A stretch of DNA of 24,000 nucleotides from Chitinophagaceae bacterium (GCA_965246785.1 CBDFFM010000029.1:20428-44427); one strand, 5' to 3'; counted from the stretch's first letter, positions 8,090-16,222 are shown. The notes: a model not told the origin generated them from the letters alone. A program made the numbers and translations.

Positions 8090-11000
8090 ATGAAGAAAAC
8101 CTTACTTGCTGTTCTGCTGCTCTTCCCACTTTGCGCAGAAGCGCAGTTGCGCTGGGCAGATACCGTGCAGGCCTTCAGCTCGCAGTACACAAGCGCGAGC
8201 TGGGCTGCTTACCAGGCGCTCGGCACGCCCAATGTCTATCCAAGTTGCGGGGATATTACCGCGGCCTGGGCCTCGGCCAGCGCAGACGGCCAGCGGGAAT
8301 ATCTGGAGCTTGTGTGTGGCACGCCCGCACCGGTCAATACTATCCAAATCTATGAGACCAACGCGCCGGGCGCTATAGACACGGTATATCTCTGGAATTC
8401 CGGCACCTCGGCCTGGGTGCAGGTCTATAGCGCTGCGGCTGCGGCTAACGCTACCTGTCCCAACATCCTGACCATCCGCTTCGCGACCACGGGCTACAGC
8501 ACTAACCGCATCCGCATCGCGATTAATTCTCCCGCTGTTTCTTCCTGGAATGAGATTGACGCGGTGGGCATCGGTATAGTAGGCAATGGCGGTGCGGTGG
8601 GCGAGAGCCAGCAGCTTTGCGCCACCGGCGGCACGCCGGCCCCTTTCGTAAGCTGGACGCGCGCTTTCCGCGACAGTACGGGCACGCCGGCCTATCAATG
8701 GCAAAGCAGCTCTGACGGTATAGCGTGGGCGGATATTTCCAGCGAGACGGGCAGCGGCTACGCAGCGCCGGCTATCAGCAGCCCGGATACGCTGTATTAC
8801 CGCCGCCGTGGCATTCTGAATACCGATACAGCCTATTCCAATATCGCGACTATCTCGCTGCCGTTCAATAGCATTAATCCGGCCGTTCCCGGGGCTGGCG
8901 TCTGGAATATCTACGGCTTCAATGGCACCGATATCAACCTGAACCCAGCTAATGTCAATCCGCGGGGCTTCTACATTGATTCCACGCTCGGGTTCAACAC
9001 CACAGTGGACTGGAACAGCGGCGGTTCCCCGCAAAGCGCGGCCAACTGGCAGGGCTGCTCCATCGGCGCGGATTACTTCTCTATGACGGCAAAGCGCAAG
9101 GGCTTCCCGCCGGGCTTCTACACCTTTCAGATGCCCTATCACGACGACCCCGGCACGGCGTTTAAGAACGGGCAGCAGATTTTCTATACCGGCGGATGCT
9201 GCGGTACCGGCACCGTCTTTAACATCGGGCACCTTGGCCCGAATGATACGCTGGACGCGCGCTTTGTAGAGTACGGCGGCGGCGCAGGGATGCAGGTGGT
9301 GCTGACGCAGGCGTCATTGACGGGTGGCAGCATATCGGCGGCCAATACCGCCCTTTGCCTCGGTGACTCGGTGTTGTTTTCCAGCGCTGCCGGCGCAGCG
9401 GGTGGGCAGGGGGATATGTTTGGCTCGGCCTATCATTACCAATGGCAGGACAGCGCCTCCGGCGGAAGCTGGATGGCTATTGCGGGCGCAACCTCTGTTA
9501 CGTTCCAGTCGCATCCGCTTGCGGACACCGCCCACTATTACCGCCGGAAGGTGACAGACGATAGCGCCTATACAGCTTACTCCAACATCATCCGCATCAG
9601 CGCGGATACGCTGCGCGGCAATCCTGCTGTGTGGGGCATTAATCAGTGGCGCTTCTATGCCTACAATGGCTTAGACATGAGCCTTAACCCGGCCAACGCG
9701 CAATACCGCGGCTACTACACCGACACGGCACTGAACTTTAATACGCAAAACGACTGGAATGCCTACGCATCGCCCTCCACAGCGGCCAATTATCGCGGAT
9801 GCCCGGTGCAGTATGATTACTTCACAATGTCTATCAAGCGCGTTGGTTTTTCCACCGGGCCTTACGTCGTTTCCTTTCCTACGCACGACGACTATATTCA
9901 GGTGTATCGCAACGGCGTGCTGATGCTAAATACCGGCTGCTGCAATCAAAATCCATTTGTATCACTCGGCGGGCTTAATGCCACGGATACGCTGGAGTAC
10001 CGCTTCGGCGAAATCAACAATCCGGCTTATTTCTCCACCTTTCTGCGGCAGCAATCCATAGATGGCGGCACCATCGCAGGCGAGGAAATAGTATGTGCCA
10101 ATGAGCAGCCTGCTATCATCAACAATACCGGAGGGCCTTCAGGGGGCTATGCACCGGCCACCTACGCCTATCAATGGCAGGATAGCCTGTGGGGCAGCGG
10201 CATCTGGGTAAACAAGACGGGCGCAACGGCCATTAGCTATACGCCGGATACGATTCATGCCAGCCATGCTTACCGCCGCAAGGTTACGGACAGCACGATG
10301 GCCTTTGCGTATTCCAACATCATTCAAAAGATTCACGCTAATGTGGCCGGTAATCCCGCCGATACCGGTAATGGCGTGTGGAATATCTATGGATGGCAAG
10401 GCTCGGACATCACGCTGGCCACGGACGTGTATAAGGGCTACTACATTGACTCGGCGCTAAACACGTTTACCACGAACTTCTACTGTAACGGCTGTGCCAT
10501 GAGCAATGCCTCTAACTGGCAGGGCTGCCCTATCGCCCCGGATTACTATACCTCCGTTTTCCGGCGCAGGGGCTTCCCGGCGGGCGTCTATACCGTCAAT
10601 GTATATCATGATGACGACCTGAAAGTGCTGAAGAACGGCACGCAGCTTTATTATGTCGGCTGCTGTCCTTCCAACAATATCAACGTCGGCTTCCTCAATG
10701 CGGACAGCGTGATAGAGATGCGCCTCGTGGAATATTATGGCGGCAACTTCCTGCAAGCCACGTTCACGAAAACCGACAGCGGCATCGCGGCTTTCCGCAA
10801 CACGAATTGTAACACCTACAGCCTTGTAAACGTAGCGGGCAATAACTGGTGGGATTTTACGGATGACAGCGGGCGTGTGGTGGCTTCCCTGAATCCGGCC
10901 GGCAATAACCTGGGCACGGTGACGCTCAATATGAAGCACTACGGCGTGGACTCTGCCTCCATTCCGAAGACTTCCGTATCCGGTATTAAGTACATGGCGC

Positions 11001-11854
11001 GGTACTACAACTGGGAAAGCTCGGCCTATCCGAGCGGGGTGTTTCCGACACCCGTTTCTGTGCGCGTTTATTACAAGCAAAGCGAGCTGGATACGTACAA
11101 GAAAGCCACTTCGCAGCCTGGCCTTACCGCCGCCAATCTCCGCATCTATCACTACGATGGCGTGAATGAGGATTGCAGCATCAATAACAACGTGGGCGGC
11201 TCTACTTCGCGCGTTACGACGACCAACACCTTTACGTCCACAGGCTTTTACCTTCAGGCAACCATTCCGTCCTTCTCCGAAATAGGTGTGAGCGGCGGTA
11301 ACCAGGCGCTGCCCATCACACTGACGGATTTTGAGGCGAGGCGGGCCGGGGCGGTGGCGCAGCTTTCCTGGAAGACGGCTACCGAATATAACTGCAAGGG
11401 CTTTGAGGTGCAGCGCAGCAGGGATGGCGCTGAGTTTACCACCATTGGCTTTGTGAATGGTGGCGGCAATAAGACAACCCCATCATTCTACACCTATACT
11501 GATGCCCAGCCGCTGGTGGGTAAGAACTACTACCGCCTTCTGCAGACGGACGCCGGCGGCCGCTACGATGCGAGCGCGGTGCGGGTGGTGGATATGAGTA
11601 ACGGCGTGAGCGCGGGTGAGGTTTCTTTCTACCCTAACCCGGTGAGCAATGAGCTGTTTGTGCAGTTGCCGCTTACCAGTATAGTCAGCATACGCATCTC
11701 TACCGCTACGGGCGCTACGGTACATGAGGAGACTTATGCCGCTGCCAACGATACGCGTGTCATCAGCACGGCGGCATTGCCGGCGGGCATATACCTGGTG
11801 CAGGTGCACGATGAGCAGGGTAATCACTGGCAGCAGACGGTAACGAAGAAATAA
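8090..11854 (+). CDS. large T9SS-secreted surface protein with three tandem (Ig-like + PA14-like) modules
   Basis: Signal peptide MKKTLLAVLLLFPLCAEAQ. Three ~245-aa modules. The domain 'LPITLTDFEARR..LSWKTATEYNCKGFEVQRSRDGAEFTTIGFV..NYYRLLQTD' is common in Bacteroidota secreted proteins. The C-terminal sorting domain 'SFYPNPVSNELFVQL..LPAGIYLVQV' (nt 11621-11851) is TIGR04183-like. Confidence 0.85.
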   Translation: MKKTLLAVLLLFPLCAEAQLRWADTVQAFSSQYTSASWAAYQALGTPNVYPSCGDITAAWASASADGQREYLELVCGTPAPVNTIQIYETNAPGAIDTVYLWNSGTSAWVQVYSAAAAANATCPNILTIRFATTGYSTNRIRIAINSPAVSSWNEIDAVGIGIVGNGGAVGESQQLCATGGTPAPFVSWTRAFRDSTGTPAYQWQSSSDGIAWADISSETGSGYAAPAISSPDTLYYRRRGILNTDTAYSNIATISLPFNSINPAVPGAGVWNIYGFNGTDINLNPANVNPRGFYIDSTLGFNTTVDWNSGGSPQSAANWQGCSIGADYFSMTAKRKGFPPGFYTFQMPYHDDPGTAFKNGQQIFYTGGCCGTGTVFNIGHLGPNDTLDARFVEYGGGAGMQVVLTQASLTGGSISAANTALCLGDSVLFSSAAGAAGGQGDMFGSAYHYQWQDSASGGSWMAIAGATSVTFQSHPLADTAHYYRRKVTDDSAYTAYSNIIRISADTLRGNPAVWGINQWRFYAYNGLDMSLNPANAQYRGYYTDTALNFNTQNDWNAYASPSTAANYRGCPVQYDYFTMSIKRVGFSTGPYVVSFPTHDDYIQVYRNGVLMLNTGCCNQNPFVSLGGLNATDTLEYRFGEINNPAYFSTFLRQQSIDGGTIAGEEIVCANEQPAIINNTGGPSGGYAPATYAYQWQDSLWGSGIWVNKTGATAISYTPDTIHASHAYRRKVTDSTMAFAYSNIIQKIHANVAGNPADTGNGVWNIYGWQGSDITLATDVYKGYYIDSALNTFTTNFYCNGCAMSNASNWQGCPIAPDYYTSVFRRRGFPAGVYTVNVYHDDDLKVLKNGTQLYYVGCCPSNNINVGFLNADSVIEMRLVEYYGGNFLQATFTKTDSGIAAFRNTNCNTYSLVNVAGNNWWDFTDDSGRVVASLNPAGNNLGTVTLNMKHYGVDSASIPKTSVSGIKYMARYYNWESSAYPSGVFPTPVSVRVYYKQSELDTYKKATSQPGLTAANLRIYHYDGVNEDCSINNNVGGSTSRVTTTNTFTSTGFYLQATIPSFSEIGVSGGNQALPITLTDFEARRAGAVAQLSWKTATEYNCKGFEVQRSRDGAEFTTIGFVNGGGNKTTPSFYTYTDAQPLVGKNYYRLLQTDAGGRYDASAVRVVDMSNGVSAGEVSFYPNPVSNELFVQLPLTSIVSIRISTATGATVHEETYAAANDTRVISTAALPAGIYLVQVHDEQGNHWQQTVTKK
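8580..10780 (+). repeat. three tandem ~735-745-bp coding modules inside the T9SS cargo gene
   Basis: The Tyr codon of the Y-Q-W-Q motif sits at 8693, 9437 and 10169 (744 and 732 bp apart). Each module repeats YQWQ..YRR, GxWNIYG/WRFYA, NWQGC/NYRGC, HDD..NG and VEYGGG-like motifs. Conservation is at protein level only; the DNA has diverged. Confidence 0.8.
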
Positions 11855-11874
11855 GGGACTCACTTTTAATAGAA

Positions 11875-11905
11875 AGGCCTGCGACGTTTATCGCAGGCCT
11901 TTTTC
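11875..11905 (+). terminator. rho-independent terminator
   Basis: aggcctgcga-cgttta-tcgcaggcct followed by ttttt, 21 nt after the stop at 11854. Confidence 0.85.
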
Positions 11906-12421
11906 TTTTAGCAAGGGCTGACAGGGCAAAGTGGGAGTATGTCATACTCCAGATGGGGAGGAAACTATAAGGAGGTATGAAGGAGCTATGGAGGAAGGGC
12001 GCCGGATTTGACCTTTTCTGCCTGACTGATGCCGGGGGGTTCAAGACGATCACCGTCTTTACCGGCCCCATTTTTCGTTGTAAGATTTTTCCCGTGCATC
12101 GGCCTCGCGGTGCATCTGGTCGTACATCTCCTGGTCGCGCTCGCGGGCCGTCTTTTCGGGCACCTTGTCGTAAACGACCGGCTCTTTTGAGCCTGCTGCG
12201 GGCGGCTGCCGGCTCGTAAGCAGTAAGCTTCAATTGCTTACCAGCCCGTTCAGGTCTTTTTCTGCCAGGCAGTTCTTGAACTGCTTGTTTTTCATGCAGG
12301 AATATGCGGCGTATCGGCGAAACAAGATATGGACGTGGCGGCAAAAAATCGTAAACGGAATGCGCTGCCACTCGGCGAGAGCAATACGGGCACCGGCCCG
12401 ATTTTGTTTTTTAATGATGCT

Positions 12422-12691
12422 ATGGCAGATGTGCACAGCAAGGCGACGCGGAGCTATAACATGAGCCGCATAAAGGGGAAGGATACGAAGCCCGAAATGC
12501 TGGTGCGCCGCTACCTCCATGGGCAGGGCTTCCGCTACCGGCTGCATGTGAAAGACCTGCCGGGCAAGCCGGATATTGTACTGCCCAGATACCGGACGGT
12601 GATTTTTGTGCACGGTTGCTTCTGGCACAGGCATGAAGGGTGCAGATACTTTGTCGTGAAGGAGACGGTACATTTAAGCATCGCTATATAA
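12422..12691 (+). pseudogene. vsr: 3'-truncated very-short-patch repair endonuclease (vsr) remnant, 89 codons
   Basis: 'MADVHSKATRSYNMSRIKGKDTKPEMLVRRYLHGQGFRYRLHVKDLPGKPDIVLPRYRTVIFVHGCFWHRHEGCRYF' aligns with the first ~78 residues of E. coli Vsr (MADVHDKATRSKNM..HGCFWHHHHC). Similarity then ends (VVKETVHLSIAI*). The ~60-70 C-terminal residues, including the last zinc-ligand Cys region, are missing. Confidence 0.75.
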
Positions 12692-12709
12692 ATTCTATTT
12701 CTTGGCCTG

Positions 12710-14686
12710 ATGCAACGATTCTTCTACAGTAATTCTATTGCTGATTTCAAAACACAATCAGACGATGAAATTTTAGGCATTCTCAGCCGAGAAAATTCTT
12801 TTTCACTTGAACAGCTTCAACGCGATGCTTGGTTACGTCAAATAAGTGTTCTCAAACGATGCTTACAAGGCATAGAAGGGCAACTTTATCTTGAGTATTC
12901 CATTCCGCGTATGGGAAGGCGTATTGATGCGCTATTGCTTGTCAATGGCGTAATAGTCGTTTTGGAATTTAAGGTTGGTGCCACGCAGTATTTACAAGCA
13001 GACTATGAGCAGGTTTGGGACTATGCGCTTGATTTGCGGAACTTCCATGAAACAAGTCACACAGTTCCAATTCTCCCGGTTCTCATTGCAACATCAGCAC
13101 AGCCGGTAAGCATTGAGATAGTTACTACGCCACAGCATACTGGCATTTATTTTCCGGTAAAATGCAATGCCCAAACATTGCATTTACTGTTTCAAAACAT
13201 CATATTCACGGCAGGTGAAATCAGCATAGACCCGGCGCATTGGGAAGCCGGGCGATACAAGCCAACGCCTACAATTATTGAAGCTGCGATTGCCTTATAT
13301 AGTCAACACTCTGTCGCAGACATTACGCGAAGTGATGCCAGCGCTACTAATCTTTCTGAAACAAGCGGCGCGGTCTTGCAAATCATTGAGGATGCAAAGG
13401 CGCATAGTAAAAAGTCTATTTGCTTTGTAACAGGAGTACCGGGCGCAGGGAAAACGTTGGTCGGCCTTGATATTGCCACCAAGAACATTGATAAAGAAGT
13501 AGGAAGCCATGCAGTTTTTCTTTCCGGAAATGGGCCACTGGTTGCTATACTTAGAGAAGCTTTAGTGCGAGACAAAGTAGCGCGCGAGAAGGAGAAGAAC
13601 AATCGCATTACTAAGAGCGAAGCCGGCAGAGGCGTAAAAGCCTTTATCCAAAACGTCCATGAATTTCGTGATGAGGGTTTGCAGGATAAGGTCAATCCGC
13701 CAGAGGAGCACATCGCCATTTTTGATGAAGCACAGCGTGCATGGAACAAGGTTCAGACGGCGACGTTCATGCAGCAAAAACGAGGTGAAGAGAATTTTCA
13801 ATTATCAGAACCAGCCTTCCTAATCTCGTGCTTAGATAGGCACCAAGATTGGTCAGTTGTGGTGTGTCTTGTCGGAGGCGGGCAAGAAATAAATACTGGC
13901 GAGGGCGGTATTGCCGAGTGGTTGAATGCCTTGAATGAGCATTTCCCAGAGTGGCACATTTACATCTCATCACGCCTGCAAGACACAGAATATTCATCAG
14001 GACAAGCTTTACAGCAATTAGAAGGCAAGCCGAATGTGTCTTTAATGGATGAGCTTCATTTGTCCGTATCAATGCGCTCGTTCCGCGCAGAGCATTTAGC
14101 CGCTTTTGTAAAAGCTGCATTGGACTTAGATGTAGTAGTTGCGCGCGAACATTATAAAAGCATACAGGATGCCTATCCAATAGTAATTACCCGAGACTTG
14201 ACCAAGGCAAAGCGCTGGCTAAAAAGCAAAGCAAGCGGCAGTGAGCGGTATGGATTATTAGTTTCCTCGCAGGCAGTGCGGCTAAAGCCACATGCCATTG
14301 ATGTCCGTTATCAGATAGACCCTGTAGTTTGGTTTTTGAATGATAGGGACGACATACGTTCCTCCTATTATCTTGAGGATGTAGCTACTGAGTTTAAGGT
14401 GCAAGGGCTTGAGTTAGATTGGACGTGTGTAACGTGGGACGCAGATTTCCGCTATAATGGCAATGATTGGAAGCACTTTTCTTTCCGCGGTAATAAGTGG
14501 CAGCGTGTATTAAACGAGGAGCGGAAGAAATACTTGAAGAATGCCTATCGCGTTCTTCTAACCCGTGCCCGGCAAGGGATGGTGCTTGTTGTGCCCGAAG
14601 GCGATGCAGAAGATGTTACCAGAAGCTCTGAATTTTACGATGGAACGTGGGAATATTTGGTAAACTTGGGCCTGCAAATCATTTAA
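12710..14686 (+). CDS. DUF2075-family protein: N-terminal PD-(D/E)xK-like nuclease core + P-loop SF1-like (Schlafen group-III-type) helicase domain
   Basis: 'GRRIDALLLVNGVIVVLEFK' (D73..E86-x-K88). Walker A GVPGAGKT (nt 13433-13456). Walker B 'IAIFDEAQRAW', then 'LVGGGQEINTGE' and C-terminal 'YRVLLTRARQGMVLVVPEG'. GC is markedly lower than in the flanks. Confidence 0.85.
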   Translation: MQRFFYSNSIADFKTQSDDEILGILSRENSFSLEQLQRDAWLRQISVLKRCLQGIEGQLYLEYSIPRMGRRIDALLLVNGVIVVLEFKVGATQYLQADYEQVWDYALDLRNFHETSHTVPILPVLIATSAQPVSIEIVTTPQHTGIYFPVKCNAQTLHLLFQNIIFTAGEISIDPAHWEAGRYKPTPTIIEAAIALYSQHSVADITRSDASATNLSETSGAVLQIIEDAKAHSKKSICFVTGVPGAGKTLVGLDIATKNIDKEVGSHAVFLSGNGPLVAILREALVRDKVAREKEKNNRITKSEAGRGVKAFIQNVHEFRDEGLQDKVNPPEEHIAIFDEAQRAWNKVQTATFMQQKRGEENFQLSEPAFLISCLDRHQDWSVVVCLVGGGQEINTGEGGIAEWLNALNEHFPEWHIYISSRLQDTEYSSGQALQQLEGKPNVSLMDELHLSVSMRSFRAEHLAAFVKAALDLDVVVAREHYKSIQDAYPIVITRDLTKAKRWLKSKASGSERYGLLVSSQAVRLKPHAIDVRYQIDPVVWFLNDRDDIRSSYYLEDVATEFKVQGLELDWTCVTWDADFRYNGNDWKHFSFRGNKWQRVLNEERKKYLKNAYRVLLTRARQGMVLVVPEGDAEDVTRSSEFYDGTWEYLVNLGLQII

Positions 14687-14698
14687 CCAAGAACTATA

Positions 14699-14923
14699 AT
14701 GGAAGATTACAAACTTCTTGAAACCCTCACTGACCTTGCCTTTGCCGCAGGCAGCTCCGGCTATTATTCCGGCGATAGCCGCTCTGATATGGAGTCAATC
14801 ATTTGGCTTGCAAAAGAATTTCAACAAGTTCACCAGTCAACAGACTGGCATGAGCAAGACTACATTTCTACTGTAGATGCTTTTGCAGAGCAGCATTTAC
14901 GAACAGCAATTCTACGTAGCTGA
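14699..14923 (+). CDS. small acidic hypothetical protein (74 aa)
   Basis: ATG 12 nt after the DUF2075 stop, on the same strand and with the same low GC. 13 Asp/Glu versus 5 Lys/Arg. Its last 12 nt overlap the 3' end of the convergent Fic gene. No recognisable motif. Confidence 0.5.
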   Translation: MEDYKLLETLTDLAFAAGSSGYYSGDSRSDMESIIWLAKEFQQVHQSTDWHEQDYISTVDAFAEQHLRTAILRS

Positions 14924-16057
14924 AAACAACTCCGTGTACCGCGAAAACACAAACAACCTATTCCGGCTCCGCCCCGTAGCTTCGCCCACAATCCCCGCCT
15001 GCTCAAAAGTATCCATCAGCTCACCCGCCGCTTTCTTGCTCAGGCTGCATGCTTCCTGCACATCCTTAATGTTCACTACCGGATGCTGAAACAGGCGGTT
15101 GAGCAGCAGCAGCGCAGGCCGGGCGCGCCGGCCCCAGCCCGCCTGTATTTCCCCTTCCAGCTTTTGCTTCAACAGCACCACCTCCGATAAGGTAGCCACC
15201 GCCTGCGCCGCCGTCTGCTCCACGCCGGTCAGGAAATATCTTAGCCACTGCGCCATGTCGCTGGTCTTACGCACGCGGGTCAGGTTGTCGTAGTACAGCG
15301 ATTTGTTCTTCTCAAACCATGCGGAGAGGTACAGCAGCGGCTTGCTCATGATGCCCTTATCCATGAGGAAGAGCGTAATAAGCAGCCGCCCGATGCGGCC
15401 ATTGCCATCCAGAAACGGGTGGATGGTCTCAAACTGGTAATGCGCAATGCCGATGCGAATCAGCGCGGGCACATTGAGCTTGTCGTTGTGCAGAAAATTC
15501 TCCAGGTCGCCCATCAGCTCATTCAGGTGGATGTGCGACGGCGGCACAAACACCGCATCCGCCGGACTGCTGCCACCAATCCAGTTCTGACTGCTGCGGT
15601 ACTCGCCCGGCAATTTTTCCTGACCCCTTACACCTTCCATCAGGTAGCCATGCGACCGACGCAGCAGGCGGGATGACAGCGGCAGATTGTCAAGGCTTTT
15701 TATGGCATCGTTGAGGGCGTGCGTGTAATTATTGACTTCCTTCCAGTCGTTGCGGCGTTCAGGCAGTATCTCCTCTTCCGGCAGCATCGCTTCCTGAATA
15801 TTTGTCTGCGTGCCTTCTATCCGGCTGGACACGACGGCTTCCTTCGCTACGTGCAGCTCAATAAACAGGTCTATATTGGGCACCAGATGCGCATAGGCAT
15901 TCAGCTCGCCGAGGCGGATAGAGGCGCGCTCCAATAAAGTATTCAGTTGCGCATCATTCCATTGCCACTGGTCATTTATTTTGGAAGGAACGAAGTATTT
16001 GTATCCGCTGCCGGGCTGCCAATGGCCGGAAGAATACTTTTCAAGTTGAATGGCCAT
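14912..16057 (-). CDS. Fic family protein (class II, auto-inhibited AMPylase type) with Fic_N and C-terminal winged-helix region
   Basis: Fic motif 'HPFLDGNGRIGRLL'. N-terminal inhibitory-helix motif [ST]xxxE[GN] as 'SSRIEG'. C-terminal 'VNIKDVQEACSLSKKAAGELMDTFEQAGIV' is wHTH-like. Start set to the ATG at 16057; the track start at 16078 is a TTG. Confidence 0.9.
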   Translation of the reverse strand: MAIQLEKYSSGHWQPGSGYKYFVPSKINDQWQWNDAQLNTLLERASIRLGELNAYAHLVPNIDLFIELHVAKEAVVSSRIEGTQTNIQEAMLPEEEILPERRNDWKEVNNYTHALNDAIKSLDNLPLSSRLLRRSHGYLMEGVRGQEKLPGEYRSSQNWIGGSSPADAVFVPPSHIHLNELMGDLENFLHNDKLNVPALIRIGIAHYQFETIHPFLDGNGRIGRLLITLFLMDKGIMSKPLLYLSAWFEKNKSLYYDNLTRVRKTSDMAQWLRYFLTGVEQTAAQAVATLSEVVLLKQKLEGEIQAGWGRRARPALLLLNRLFQHPVVNIKDVQEACSLSKKAAGELMDTFEQAGIVGEATGRSRNRLFVFSRYTELFSAT

Positions 16058-16074
16058 GGCGGTTTTATTCTGCT

Positions 16075-16146
16075 CCAAAAGTAAACTAAGGAAACCGTTA
16101 GTTTACTTTCAGCCCCAAAAGTAAACTAACGAAAATCATAGTTTAC
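16075..16146 (-). promoter_or_regulatory. duplicated promoter/operator module upstream of fic
   Basis: 15-nt direct repeat ccaaaagtaaactaa at 16075-16089 and 16115-16129. Each copy holds a -7 box TACTTTTG on the fic strand (plus caaaagta at 16076-83 and 16116-23). Each -7 box overlaps one arm of a palindrome GTAAACTA-N10-TAGTTTAC (16081-16106, extendable to 12-bp arms at 16078-16109; and 16121-16146). Confidence 0.55.
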
Positions 16147-16176
16147 CTAAGTAACCTTACGATCCCTCCGCTTCGT

Positions 16177-16203
16177 AAAAAGCCGCCCATCGGGGCAGCT
16201 TTT
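16177..16203. terminator. hairpin terminator candidate (U-tract on both strands)
   Basis: aaaa-agccgccc-atcg-gggcagct-ttt: 8-bp stem with one G:U pair. It lies between the 58-aa minus-strand ORF and the fic promoters. Confidence 0.45.
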
Positions 16204-16222
16204 CAACAATGCTTATCACGAT

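Noticed and set aside
8102-11152. Minus-strand ORFs of 376 aa and 231 aa (and smaller ones) inside the T9SS cargo gene
   Set aside because: They are antisense shadow ORFs, Arg/Ala/Gly-rich. The plus-strand product has a signal peptide, repeated domains and a T9SS C-terminal domain.
11763-12371. 202-aa minus-strand ORF and the 80-aa plus-strand ORF at 11977..12219
   Set aside because: The 202-aa ORF overlaps the 3' end and terminator of the T9SS gene and is extremely Arg/Pro-rich. The two ORFs overlap each other. A different minus frame in the same DNA looks more protein-like (see the finding at 11906-12421).
12230-12673. 147-aa minus-strand ORF
   Set aside because: Most of it is antisense to the recognisable vsr reading frame. 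Only its last 21 codons (MKNKQF..) are discussed, as part of the TGA-interrupted small ORF.
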